Numbered from the stretch's first letter, positions 39,373-52,670 are shown. The stretch is DNA of 58,422 nucleotides from Octopus bimaculoides (GCF_001194135.2 NC_068988.1:25909044-25967465), one strand, 5' to 3'. Notes: generated from the letters alone by a model not told the origin. Program-made: numbers and translations.

Positions 39373-40883
39373 TCCTTTTTTTTTCTGTTTTAGTAGTAGA
39401 TTATGATATTTGATATCGTGTTTGTTTATAAAATAATTACAGAAATGATGGACGTGCCTTTAAAGTAGTAGAATAGATAGAAATACATAATTCGAGGAAT
39501 CTTTATGAGAATTGTGTGGCGCAATACGTTTATTGGACTATACTATTTATTGTGATGCGCTTTCTTGCATTGTGATTAAATTTCGTTAAATATGGCTTTG
39601 TGTGATGATGAAAATATTTGTTACAACATATTTGATTACAATAAAGGGTTATTCAAACATCAGAGTATGTACTGGATTATTTCATTTTCTTTTTATGTGG
39701 TTTGTATACTAAAGATTCAAAGTTTATGGACGCACGAAGGAAATAAACTGACTTGAGATGCGTTGCAAGCATAACATAATTTTAACACGTAATTTTTAAG
39801 TAATCTGTCTACTTCTTGCAGACTAAAATTTTTGACGAGCTTCATCCATTGTCTCTATGAAATCCATCTAAAACAAATGAAAATGGTGCATGTGCTTTGC
39901 ACTGTCGATTTTGTGCATAGGCCATCGATGTCATTGACCTCTGCAAAGAGTTTGAGCCGGTACTAGCATATGAAGGTACAGTAGGGATTTTATTCATCAG
40001 TACTTATTGGTATGGAATGGAAGAAATGTACTAGCTTGTATTATCTCAATTTCTGGTTCTTTATTATTTACAATCGATTTGGAAAATTTCAGCGTTGCAA
40101 TAATTGTTGGTTTTCATGTCTTTATTCTCAAATGGGAAGAAAAGACTTATCTTGTTTAAGAGTTTTCAGCTATTCAATACCAGTGTATTCGTTGTTCAAG
40201 ATTCTAAGATTGCTCGTGTTTTCGTTTTTTATGGTGTTGCGTACATAGACATGAATTATGGTTTTACTAATGATGTCTAGAGAACATTTGGGAGGTTTTA
40301 TTGGTCAGATAAATGGGTTGTTAGTAAAGTTATATTTATTATTCTTCATTATCGCGTATGGGCATTTACAAGCTAAAATATATATATTGTATCAGCTATT
40401 TTAAAAGTAGTGACTATATATTTTGGCACTTGTGTTTATGTCGTTTGAATTTCCAGACGTTATTTTTATTACTGTTCGAGCTTCAGTTAGAAGGTAGGAG
40501 ATTTTAAGAAGATTGACTTATCTGGGAGAGATTACTTGTCTTATCAAATTTTACGAATAAATTTACGCNNNNNNNNNNNNNNNNNNNNNNNNNNNNNNNN
40601 NNNNNNNNNNNNNNNNNNNNNNNNNNNNNNNNNNNNNNNNNNNNNNNNNNNNNNNNNNNNNNNNNNNNNNNNNNNNNNNNNNNNNNNNNNNNNNNNNNNN
40701 NNNNNNNNNNNNNNNNNNNNNNNNNNNNNNNNNNNNNNNNNNNNNNNNNNNNNNNNNNNNNNNNNNNNNNNNNNNNNNNNNNNNNNNNNNNNNNNNNNNN
40801 NNNNNNNNNNNNNNNNNNNNNNNNNNNNNNNNNNNNNNNNTATATATGCACATGTATAAAAACTAGATACATATGTATATATA

Positions 40884-40924
<41 letters not shown>

Positions 40925-41251
40925 TTAGGGAAAATAACCAATTTTCAAGAACTCATCGATGAAAATCCACTATCACATATAGAAAAATTAATAATTAAAA
41001 GCACAATAAATGAGTATAATATAAAGTAAAGTAAATATCATAAGATAAATATAATATATATATATATATATATACACACACATTTATATATAACATACAC
41101 CACATCAAACTATCTATACATATATACAAAGATATACATATCTACACATCTATCTGTGATTGTATACGCGTATGTTTAACATAGATATATATTCAGTTTG
41201 ATTTACAATTCCCTTCACGTTTGTATAATGCAAAGAATTATGTTTTATGTA

Positions 41252-42345
41252 TTGGGTCATCCCATAGGTAAAGCGGTTTTTTTATACTTTTTTTATATTT
41301 CAAACTTATGATAAACTAAAACCTTTTTTAATCTAAAATATACTCTTCTTCTTTTTCTACAATGCTCTTCCATGTATCTGGTAGGTTTGCAAGGCTCCTT
41401 TTCCTAAATTCGCTTATCCGTGACCAAAAATAATCCTCTAGTACTGTTCTGACTTCGTCTATCGAATTCATATTTTTTCCGTCCAAATGATTTTGAAGAC
41501 TGCGAAATAAATGATAATCAGATGAGGCAATGTCCGGCGAATATGGTGGACGGAGTATCGCTTGCCATTCAAACTGCTCCAGCCTTTGGAATGTCATCCT
41601 AATTGTATTTTCCAAGCATTATCTTAATGGAAGAACACCTTTCGTCTTCAAACCAAAGATAGTCGTTTTCCTTCTAGCGCTGACTTAAGCCGCTCAAGCT
41701 GATCGCAGTTTGGGTTTAAACTTTCATGTTGGACTCAACCTTTCATATGCCACCAAGCAGATAACAACACCTTACGTGGGTGAAGACATTTTTTAGCCTG
41801 CAACGGCGGTGTTTCTCCTTTTCCTATCCTGTTTTCGGCGCTTGGCATTTGTATAGAGAACCCATGTTACGTCACCAGTCACCAGTCACTATTCGGTCCA
41901 AAAGTGGTTCATTCGTGAGGCGTGACAGCAAACAAGGGCACACATTCACTCTCTGCGCCCGATTAGACCCGATTTGCTGAATTTTCCAATGGCACGCAGG
42001 TGTCGATAAATAGCTGAGCAAATCCAAACTTCTCAGATTTTGAAGCCTCAAATTACGTCGCTCACTGATCACGCCACAGTAATTTTTTTTAGAAAATCAA
42101 AGAGTCCTCCCAAAGAGCACTCACCTTGATATATTTTGCCAGTCCCTGTCTCAAGTTCTTCGGCCTTGGAGAACAGGTGAAACGATACTTCATAGACCGG
42201 GCCTTCATTTTCGTATCATAAAGCTACTCCAGCATATACGCCTTGACAAGAAACCTGTAGAAGAAAACGTGTCTTCATTGGCTTTAATTACTTCCATTAC
42301 AACAGAGCTGACATGCGCACATCCTTCAGTTGACTGTTAAGTGTC
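41252..42345 (-). mobile_element. Mariner (DD34D) transposon, decayed, 5' TIR lost
   Basis: DRIVTGD, LHPRKVLLSAWW, FH*DNA, RPPYSPDIASSDYHLFRSLQNHLDGK...; TA plus TIR TTGGGTCATCCCATAGGTAAAGCGGTTTT at 41252; a 7-bp duplication (GTCACCA) breaks the frame next to the first catalytic D. Confidence 0.93.
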
Positions 42346-42380
42346 GTGGTACAGACTTCCCAAACAATTTCGTTAATATT

Positions 42381-42542
42381 CTTTTCTACGCTAGGCACAA
42401 GGCCCAACATTTTGGCGGAGTGGTGACAAGTCTATTAGATCGATTCTAGTATGCAGTTGGTACTTAATTTATCGACGACGAAAGCTAAAGTCGACCTAGT
42501 TGGAATTTGAACTCAGAATGTAAAGACAGACGAAATACTGCT
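42381..42542 (-). mobile_element. SINE family B, 5'-truncated, 19-bp exact flanking direct repeat
   Basis: AAACAATTTCGTTAATATT at 42362-42380 and 42543-42561. Confidence 0.85.
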
Positions 42543-42561
42543 AAACAATTTCGTTAATATT

Positions 42562-42793
42562 TATTTCTTTATTGCCTACAGGGGGCTAAACATAGAGTGG
42601 ACAAACAAGGTCAGACAAAGGCATTAAGTCGATGACATCGACCCCAGTGCGTAACTGGTACCTATTTAATCGACCTCGCAATGATGAAAGGCAAAGTCGA
42701 CCTCGGCAGAATTTGAACTCAGAACATAAAGACAGACGAAATACCGCTAAGCATTTCGGCCGGTATGCTAACGTTTCTGCCAGCTCACCGCCT
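42562..42793 (-). mobile_element. SINE family B, full length (same tail variant as 32747)
   Basis: TATTTCTTTATTGCC...GGGGCTAAAC...GATGAAAGGCAAAGTCGACCTCGGC...GCCAGCTCACCGCC. Confidence 0.9.
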
Positions 42794-42811
42794 AACAATT
42801 CTGTCAATGTT

Positions 42812-43024
42812 CTTTTCTACTTTTGGCACAAGGCCCGAAAGTTTTGGTGGAGGGGGCTAGTCGATTAGATCGACACCAGTACGCAACTGGTACTTAATTT
42901 ATCGACCCCGAAGGATGAAAGGCTAAGTGGACCTCAGCGGAATTTGAACTCAGAGCATAAAGACAGACGAAATACCGCTAAGCATTTCGCCATGCGTGCT
43001 AAAGTTTCTGCCAGCTCGCCGCCC
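42812..43024 (-). mobile_element. SINE family B, full length (GGCACAAGGCCC tail variant)
   Basis: CTTTTCTAC...GGCACAAGGCCC...ATCGACCCCGAAGGATGAAAGG...GCCAGCTCGCCGCC. Confidence 0.9.
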
Positions 43025-43057
43025 AAAAATTTCGTCAATATTGAAACAGAAAGGTTC

Positions 43058-43217
43058 AAGGCGGTGAGTTAGCACGCTGTTAGCGGTATTTTGCTCGTCT
43101 TTAGCTTCCTTTCGTAGCTGATAAAATAAGTATCAGTTCGAATACTGGGGTCGATGTAATCGACTTACTGCTTTCCCGCAAAATAACAGCCATTGCGCCA
43201 GAATTTGAAACAAATTT
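43058..43217 (+). mobile_element. SINE family B, internally deleted
   Basis: AAGGCGGTGAGTTAGCACG...GATAAAATAAGTATCAG...CTGGGGTCGATGTAATCGACTT. Confidence 0.8.
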
Positions 43218-43658
43218 TAAAGATAAACCTTTGTAAATTTGGTAATGCAATGTAAGCACATTCCAGTTGTGCAGCAAGAATGCATTTTCATGGTCAGCTG
43301 TCTGAGCGAAACAATTCACCCACACACTTCCGATTCAAGTCAATGGTTGCAGATAATACTCTGGTTTTAATGGTCGTCTTCACTTCTTTAGTCTTTTTCA
43401 TCCCTGAGGCAATCTCTGTAAGCAAACAGTAATACTCTGTAGATCTGTGGATATTAAATAGCCTACCCTGCTTCATCAATGACGCTGCAGTGCTTCTGCA
43501 GAGATTCCCTTCTTTGCTTGCACAGAAGGATGACAATAAAAAAAAACTTGCTATAGATTTGATTTTAAAAACGTATATTCTCATTTCCCATGACTATCAG
43601 AACGTACTCCTGAAACTTCCCCATTACTAAAAGAGAACGCCTCTACTCAGACGCAATA

Positions 43659-43697
<39 letters not shown>

Positions 43698-43701
<4 letters not shown>

Positions 43702-43845
43702 CGACGAACGTCTTTCAGCATCCGTACACCAAATCCATTCATAAAGCTGACTGGTGAACAGCAATTATAGAAGATATTTGCCCAAGTCATTTCGTAGGAC
43801 GGAACCTGGAACTGCATGACAGGGGCGATACAAATTCCTAACCAC
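43698..43845 (-). mobile_element. SINE family A head relic abutting (AT)n
   Basis: TACGACGAACGTCTTTCAG...CAAATCCATTCATAAAGCT...TATAGAAGATATTTGCCCAAG. Confidence 0.7.
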
Positions 43846-45975
43846 AAACGCATTTATACTTCAACGCACATATATAACATATATCTGCGCATGCGTGTAT
43901 TTCACTACTGTGTCATGTGTTAGTTGCTAATTACGTAGTTAACGATTGAACGATTTCGTTCTTTTCCTATCAGTAATAAAATCATATTTAAACTACGTTT
44001 ACATGATTTCTGCATTTACATGAAATAAATAATAAAATTATAGAAGAATCTTCTTTGTTCAAAAGTTAAATGCATTATGTTTTTGCAAATATGTACTTTA
44101 CGATAAATATTCTACCATGCACAGCTTGCATGATGAATATATAGGAACTGGTTTATGTGAAAATACAAACAGGCATAATTAATTGCTTTATACGGTATCA
44201 ACATTTCTAAAACAGATGCAGTTTTCCCATATTCCCCAATTTTATAACGATAAATATTTAGGCATGAAATCAAATACTGAAATCATATTATTTAGCATTC
44301 GGAAAGTATATTTTCAAAATTTACATGAAAATTCAGAGGGAAAGCCAATTTATGTTTTTTCTTTCTTTATATAAACATGACTTATTAAAAAAAAAGTCTG
44401 TGGAAATTGTTTAATAAAAATAGCTGACATAATAAACCAAAAAGTAACTGACAAAAAATATATAATAAAAAATTGAAATACATTTAAAATTCATTCCTTC
44501 TTGTATTTTTCGATTAAATATGATTTGAATTTATTTTGAGTATTCGTAATAAAATCTTGGAAATTTTCTCTATTTTAAGAAGCGAAATAATAACAATAAT
44601 GACAAATGTAATGATATATTTCTTTCTTTCTTCATATGTGCATATCTGTGCCATAAATCTATAAAAATGGTTTTAAATAATTTACTTCTGATTACTTTAA
44701 TCTGAAGCCCAGAAGCGCTTGTAAATTTCAACGTTTATTTTCCATAATTAATCTCTAAATATTGAAGGATTGTCGGATTTTAAAATCATCTCTTATTTTC
44801 TATATTAGAAGTAATTGTTTTTGACGCTTGTTTACTTTAATGTATTATAATATTTATAGAAAAATAAGAAAGAAATGTTGCCCAAAAATATGGAAAAATT
44901 ATATATTTTAAAGAATTTAAATTCAATACGTTGATATCCAGCTGTGATAAGTTCTTATTTTGTTTGGTCTATATCTACTGTGAAATATATATGTAAGCCT
45001 AAATGTTGGGAAAAGCGGACTTAACGAAAATTATCTGAATACGCTAGCACTTATATTATTATTCAGTTGACCAAGTATAGTTCTTGAGAAAACCAATGCT
45101 TCATACATGATTCGTACCATTTCAGCTGCAAAATATTTCAATAGTGTTCCAATTTGGCAGGGCGGTGTAACTATGTCACATATTTAGTGCATGGATATCT
45201 TTGCAATTGGTTTATATAACAAAATACTTCTTTTGTTGCATTAATTTGACTATTTCGTACTGGTGCTAAGCAAAGCTCGAGCTGCATTCTGAATCTCACG
45301 GGATGCTAGAGATACATATTTAACAGAAAATTGTAATTTTCTTAAATGACACATTTTTTATACAGAGCAGTCAGGACAGAGCTGAGTTAAAAGGGGAAAT
45401 TCAATGCTATTAGCTTAGATATGTGGGTGACTTTCCTTGAGTGATAGAGTTCAGCTTGGAGATAGGAGTGAGAGTGAATGCTGGTAGTATTAGGAGAGAG
45501 ATATCTGAGGATGGGGTAACATTTGATAGTATCTCGGTAACTAAAGTGTAGTAGGTAAATATTCGGTGATTTGCATTGAATAACCAAGCAAGGACAAAAA
45601 GAAATCTCAACTTCTTTGATGACCTCTAAAACAGTTACGAGAAGCAGCGATATGTTTTACGTATAAAGCTACTTCAACCTTAGAACTTAATGAACGTTTT
45701 TACATTTATGTGAACAATATTGAAACTATTTTTTCTTTTCAGATATTAATATTCTCCCTCCTAACATCCACGAAGTCGTATAAGGAAAGGAGTATATTCT
45801 GCTTGATATCTAGTTCTGTATGTTTCTATACTTCTACATAAAAATTATATATGATAAAATATTTATTTCATTTATATAAAACCATATTTCTATGGATGCA
45901 TAGAAAAGTGAGAACATACTTATATTCATGATCAAACAAAACTAAAAATAATATAATAATATATGTATACGGATG

Positions 45976-46110
<135 letters not shown>

Positions 46111-46639
46111 ATGAATGTATTTTTATATATGTGTGTGTGTATGTGTGTGTAGAGCTAGAGAGAGAGCGAGAGAGAGAGGTATACAAAGATACATACACCT
46201 ATGTGAGTCTGCGTGTATGAATTATATATGTAGTACAGTCATGCAAAGCCGCTAGCTAATAAATTCTCCGAAGTTGCAACCTTCTTTGCATAGCTCTAAG
46301 ATAATTCCTGTTGTCTACATTGGAATCTAAATGGGTTTTGCCGATGTGTCGAAATAGGAGGTGTAGCACACTATTGTTTTACATGAAAAGCGGCAGCAGA
46401 TTATAAACCAAAGAATTGTTCAAAGAACAATGCCAATGAAAAATTCCGGTTTCTTTTGCAAGTTTGCGATATCGGCAGATAGAAGGTAGTTTCATCGTAT
46501 ACGTCTTGACAAAGAAAATAGGCCAGTAATACTACTAGCACACATAAATCACCACCACCGTCAACTCCACTACAATCTTTATCAATACCTCCATCATTAG
46601 TATTGCCACTATTAGCACTGCTTCTAAAGCAGGGAACCG

Positions 46640-46810
46640 GCATAATCCTTAGCACTCCGGACCAAATACCTCAGCGACATATCGCCCGTCTTTTTCGTCT
46701 TTACGCTCTGATTTCAAATTCTGCCGAGGTTGCCTTTCGTCCTTTCTGGGCATGTAAATTGAATACCAGTCCGCTTTCCCCCCTCCCTTCAATTCTGAAA
46801 CCATTATTGA
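46640..46810 (+). mobile_element. SINE family B, diverged
   Basis: TTAGCACTCCGGACCAAAT...TTCAAATTCTGCCGAGGTTGCCTTTCGTCCTTTCTGGGG. Confidence 0.7.
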
Positions 46811-46859
46811 TGCCACTGAAAATCTCGAAACAGGGCACAATTTAGGCATTGAGAAGGCA

Positions 46860-46906
46860 CACACACGCACGCGCACACACTCACACACACACACACCCAT
46901 ACACAT

Positions 46907-46954
<48 letters not shown>

Positions 46955-47047
46955 TTGCATGTGCATATATAAGTACGTACATACTTATACACACACAGAC
47001 ATATATATACATACATACATACATACATACATACATACATACATACT
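46860..47047. repeat. Compound (CA)n(AT)n(CATA)n microsatellite at the LINE 5' junction
   Basis: Directly visible. Confidence 0.95.
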
Positions 47048-49112
47048 TACTAAAGTCCCAGGGAACTTGATTAATGCCATATCTAACCTGACATCTTCCT
47101 GGGCCACCACCGTGAAGTTAAATACAGTAAGTGGATGTATCATCAGCAAAAAAATACAATATCGCAGGGGGATATTCCAAGGAGACAGCCTCTCTGTGAT
47201 GCTGTTCATACTGTCGGTAAACCCATTATCATTCATGCTGAAGAAGTCTGAAGGGTATCTAATTGGAACGCAGTCAAACAGAAACACCAAAATTACGCAC
47301 TGCTTCTGTGTCGATGATTTGAAATTGTATGCCAAGAACATGGATGATATGAAAAAAAGCCTCGACCTGGTCACAACATTTTCTGGTGATGTTGGGCTAG
47401 AGTTTGGCCAAGATAAATGTTCCTATATGGTTGTGGAACGAGGAAAGGCTTAAGACCACCCTAACAACATCTCCATCAATGGCCTATCTGTTTCTCCAAT
47501 ATCTGATGAGGAATCCTACAGACACCTGGGAGTAGATGAACACGTATCATATGAAGGTACCTGTAACAAGGAACGTGTTACTAAGGAATACAGAAATCGG
47601 GTTAGGAAAATATGGACCTCGGAACTCTCTGCGTTCAATAAAGCAATAGCCCACAATGTGTTTGCAGTACCAGTACTCATACCGACATTCGGGATACTTG
47701 ACTGGACGATCGATGAAATCCGAGCCCTTGATGTGAAGACCCGAAAAATACTAACGAGCACGAACAACTTTCACATCAATAGCGATGTAGACTGCCTATA
47801 CCTAAAACGAAATAAAGGAGGGGGGGGGGCTAACATCAATTCAGACTGCCTTTGAATGCCGTGTCATATCTCTTCGACATCATCACATAACCACCAAGTG
47901 TTGAAGTGCACCCCTTGATGAAGTCTGCAGACATGAGGTAAATACCATCATGAGATTGGGAAGGCAACTACTTGACAAGCATTCCTTATTCGACAACCCT
48001 GAACTCTTACTCAAAGAAATTGCAAGACTCTACCGTAACATAACATCAGAGGAGAGGATGAATGCATTCCAGCAGAAGACCATGCATGGATACGTTAACA
48101 GAAAGCTCCAGGGTGATAAAGACATTGACAACCAGAGCAGTCTATCGTGGACAAACAAACGGGTCACCAACTCGCACTTTGAAGGGTATGCCTTTGCTAT
48201 TCAAGAACAAGAAATAGCAACCAAATTCCTAATAAACAAACGGGACAGAGAGACGGGCAAAGCGCCACGATGTAATAATCGATGCAGACTCTGTGGAATC
48301 AGTATCGAAGATATTACCCACATCATTAGCAGCTGTCCAAAAATGTCATCACGGTATTACCCACCTATGAGACATGATGTTGTGGCCAAGACACTGTACA
48401 ATGAAATCCGCCGACAGGATAACCTCGGGGCTAAGGAGATGAAAACCTATAATGAGGTAGAGGCCATTACCACTCACAATATGAAAGAGTATTGGTGGAA
48501 TGTCCCAATAAAAAACCTCAATAAAGTGCAGACATAATAGACCGGATATAGTAATCTGGGACAGAGAAGAGAAACTCTGTACAGTAGTAGAAATCAGCTG
48601 TCCTGCGGATGTCAACATCCCACTAAAGATTAGAGAAAAAGAGAACAACTACACCGAGCTACTGAGAAATTTANNNNNNNNNNNNNNNNNNNNNNNNNNN
48701 NNNNNNNNNNNNNNNNNNNNNNNNNNNNNNNNNNNNNNNNNNNNNNNNNNNNNNNNNNNNNNNNNNNNNNNNNNNNNNNNNNNNNNNNNNNNNNNNNNNN
48801 NNNNNNNNNNNNNNNNCTCAAAACCTGAAAGAAAAAGGCTGATTAGAAGACTACAGATTCAAGCCATCAATGGAACTGTAAAGATATATAAAACTTTCCA
48901 AAAATTTAGCACATAAATACATATGCATGCATCTAGACATAAAAACGCATCCATAAAACAAACATACAAATCTGCGCATACACTAACACCAAATACTGCA
49001 CACACACACACATATGCACAACTACCTAGATGATGTTGATAAAAGCTCCAATGAAGGAGCCTTGAATCTATGTTAGAGTCCGGCTCTTTCTCTATGGACA
49101 AGAAATACAGAA
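47048..49112 (+). mobile_element. 5'-truncated R4/Dong-like non-LTR retrotransposon (RT, CCHC, restriction-like endonuclease)
   Basis: RT motifs RRGIFQGDSLS, FCVDDLKLYAK, YRHLG; GGGLTSI; CRLCGISIEDITHIISSC; RHDVVAK; RPDIVIWDREEKLCTVVEISCP (PD-(D/E) nuclease); terminal KAINGTVKIYKTF; 3' UTR to about 49112. Confidence 0.92.
47050..48916 (+). pseudogene. Disrupted RT-REL ORF of the R4-like LINE
   Basis: ORFs 46947-47453, 47658-47855 and 47950-48537 join into one protein; stop at 47451-47453, frameshift in poly-G near 47820, stop near 47907, frameshift near 48515, gap 48674-48816. Confidence 0.88.
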
Positions 49113-49984
49113 ATGAAACTGATTGATAACATACATATGTGAGTATAGGCAAGTATATTTGTATATTATAGAATATGACATCGTTAAATTTTCTCATTGT
49201 GATCTACATTCATCTCTGCACCTTAGTTAACAATATAGATTGAAATTAAAAGAAAAAAAATCATTATTTGCACCATGAAGATTTTCTTTCTCTCGAAAGA
49301 AATTTATTAAGGAAACGATTTTAATGTTATTTATTCCGTAAAATTCCATCTAACGTAACAGAAAGAAATAATAAGCTAAATAACCAATTTTAAAGGGAAA
49401 AATAAAATTAAATATTTTAATTTCACACGAAATCGTATTATGACTTGAATGATTTATGCTTAGTAATAAATTTGTAAAACACGAAATATAATATGTCGAT
49501 AATTAATTCCACCATTAAAATATTTATAATGGTATTTGAGGAAAACGTTCAGGTGCTGTAATACCTTAATTATTTAGCAATATGTTGTTGGCAAAGAATT
49601 CCCTTGCTTATTAAAAAATGCATGCTGTTAAACGCAATTACTATTTAAGCATACACATATGCACACATACAAATATATGTGTATGTGTATTGTGGGTATA
49701 CGTATATCTCTGTGTGTATGTCTTTGCATATGGATACATATATACGTATGCATATGTATGTATAAATGTGTGTGTATATTTAATAGTATATGGCTTCCAA
49801 TACCTGCATGATTGTATGCATATATGCACATTATATATACACTGTGTATATATACATATATATATATATTTACACACACACTCACATATATATATGTGCA
49901 TTATGCATACGCTGAATATATATATATCGTTTTTGGATTTGGTTTGCAATATTCTTTATGTGAGTGCGTGTGTTGAAGCATATT

Positions 49985-50130
49985 CTGTTGTTTCTGGGGA
50001 GAGTCATTCTCTTTTGGTGCCTTATAATTTAACACACTCACCGGTGAAATTTCCATTTATTTCTTTGTCATTTTTCTAAAATTTTCGTTGCGTCTTGCAA
50101 CCTTTTGAATAAACTTGACTCTGTCCGTTG
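49985..50130 (-). mobile_element. Probable PLE pseudo-LTR relic, homologous to 14060-14220
   Basis: GGGGAGAGTCAT...ACACTCACCGGTGAAATTTCC...CGTTGCGTCTTGCAACCTT...TGTCCGTT shared with the 14 kb copy; hammerhead-like core on the minus strand. Confidence 0.55.
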
Positions 50131-50699
50131 CTCACACTGCGTTCTTTTTTGCTTGTTTGTGCGCATGTGTGTCGATCAGTCTGTGTGTGTGTGCCTATAC
50201 ATGCATTCATGTATGTATGTATGCATGTGTGTATGCATTTATGTATGTGTGTGCAGCTTTATTTATGTGTATACATTTGTATGTATTCTGCATATTCATG
50301 TGTTTGCATGTCCGTGTTTGTCTGTTTTTATGTATGTATGTGTGTATGCGCGCGCGCGTGTGTGTTTGGATATGTGGGTGTGTACCTCTGTATCTGTGTG
50401 TGCATGTCTGAGTCGGCCAGGAATATTTCAAATTATCAAAGAAATATTTGGAGTTAAATTTCCACTTCTGAACCGTAAATAAATAAAACATGGACGTTTA
50501 ATCGCAGCATAGATATCTGATGAAAACGTGCAGTGTAGAATGTCTGAGAAATGCAGAATATGACACTAAATTTTTATTCGTAAATTGTTAAAATTTGGAT
50601 CAAAACATTGAATATATAGATACATAGACATGTACACACAGAGACACACATAAACACACTCACGCATATTTCAATTTATATACCAAACGCCATCAATGG

Positions 50700-51010
50700 A
50701 ATTGTATAGGCCATCAAGAGAAAGACCCTGTCCTGTACAAGTTTAGACTTAGAGGAGCCTATACCTCGCCAGATCTGATCAAAGCAGATTTATTCAAAAC
50801 AGAAAAGCCGATTTACTCAAGAAAAGTGAAAGAGAAGTGAGAATAGGAAAAGAATGCCCTTTACTGCGCAGGTCATAAATATTTTTGCCTTATTCCTGAA
50901 AGGATTAAAGAGAAATTTGACATCCGCTGGCTCCAAAATCAGAGCACAAATGCTAGAATGACTACCACAGCACCATAACCTATCCACCACTTGAACAACT
51001 ACCCCAATTG
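50700..51010 (+). mobile_element. Possible CR1/L2-type LINE 3' coding fragment
   Basis: Decayed frame ...AGHKYFCLIPERIKEKFD loosely resembles the G..LFN.LP..I+ motif at the end of CR1/L2 ORF2. Confidence 0.3.
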
Positions 51011-52374
51011 TCCCACACACAAATACATACACATACCTACAAATATACGATTATATACACACACACAAACTCACACACACGAATATGTATATATTTATAT
51101 GAGTCTGTGTGTGTGTATGTGTATACATACATATATAGTTAACTTTTGCGTTATCGGAAGACCAACATAGCAATCATGTGCTCTTCAGCGCATGGTGTAT
51201 TCAATTCAGAAATTAGGACGCTGTTACAACAGAAATCACGAGAAAAAAGAGAAAGTAGAAGCAAATAATGAAAACTGAAAAATAAAAATAAAGAAAGGAA
51301 AATTACAGTTATGTCCCTTTGACCGTAATGCCATCATTACGCTAGTTGCTATAGAGTAAATGAACAGAAAGGGGTCCGAGGTCGGCGTGACAACTCCTCA
51401 GTCCGGACGTATATAGATGTATTGTATATATGTTTCAACAAATATTAATCTTTAGGGGATTATTAAAAATGGCCTATGCTTAAAAGGTTACAGGAATGGA
51501 AATTATTTAGCTGGATTAATATCAAGGGGTTAATAGACAGAGATATTATTTCTGAAACAAAAGGAGATGAAGAATATTTAGATAACAAGTGGTAGTGAAA
51601 TCGTAAACAATATTTAGACGGAATCTCCCTCTGAGCATCTGAATTTATCCAGTGTGTTTGAATAATAGGAACAATGGGATACAAAATGTTAATTGAGGAA
51701 TAGAATTATTGAGTGAAATTGTAAACAAGTCTCGTTGAGCCAGAAGGAATAAAATGACATTGACCCCACTCCTACCTTTGAATTTAGTTTGGGTAATGAA
51801 AGCAAAGGTATAATAAACAATACACGTCCAATTTATGGATAAATCAAATAATATTTAAATTTAACTGTAATTGTTTCATGAAAATAACTATAGTAAACTG
51901 CAATTGTTTGTAATACATATATATATAACAGTACTAAGTTATATTGTCGAATGTAGTTAATGTAGATTCAGTTATATGAAGTGCATTGGGGGAGATCTAA
52001 TTGCTGATCTATATTTAAAGTAAATGAATCTACGTCGGTTTCGACGACGATGTGCATTGAGAAGTTTGTAAATTATCTATTGGTTGAATGGTTATAGAAG
52101 TAGTAGACAGGAATCACTCGCAATATCGCGGTTTACCTATTGGGATTTATTATTGATGCTTCCGTCGATTGTTCTGTGATGTTGCTTTGCATTTATAATA
52201 ATAATAAAAACACATTTGAACTCAGAACATAAAGCCTGGCACAAGTGCTGTAAATTATGTTGACTGGCACGCTAATGATTGTACAGGCTCGCGACCTTGC
52301 AGAGGTGCAAAAATAATGTACAAAATTTCGCTACATCTAAACGTTTATGAATATTAAAAAAAGGGACGACGTGG

Positions 52375-52670
52375 GTCCCAGCTGATACGATCAACGGAAC
52401 AGTCTGATCGTGAAATTAACGTACAGGTGACTGAGCAATCCACATACACGTGTACCCCTAACGTAGTTCTCAGGGAGATTCAGCGTGACACAGAGTGTGA
52501 CAAGGCCGGCTCTTTGAAATACAGGTACTACTCATTTTTGCCAGCTGAGTGGATTGGAGCAACGTGAAATAAAGTGTCTTTCTCAAGGACACAACGTGTA
52601 GCCGGGAATTGAACTCACGACTTTACGATCGTGAGCCGAATGCCCTAACCACTCAACTATGCGCCTTCAC
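52375..52670 (-). mobile_element. SINE family D (tRNA head, CORE-like block)
   Basis: Minus strand GTGAAGGCGCATAGTTGAGTGGTTAGGGCATTCGGCTCACGATCG, B box GAGTTCAATTC, GTTGTGTCCTTGAGAAAGACACTTTATTTCACGTTGCTCC. Confidence 0.85.

Noticed and set aside
43294-43584. 96-aa minus-strand ORF
   Set aside because: No recognisable motif and no convincing splice context.
45387-45610. Overlapping minus-strand ORFs, possibly an APE endonuclease relic
   Set aside because: Only a vague LN..G.PT resemblance; not enough to call.
46484-46500. AGGTAGTTTCAT, miR-196-like
   Set aside because: No hairpin, and the family is not expected in molluscs.
49033-49080. Hammerhead-like fold in the LINE 3' UTR (TTGATAA-stem-GAAT)
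   Set aside because: Three core mismatches, inverted 15.1-16.1 pair and no stem I; more simply a LINE 3' stem-loop.
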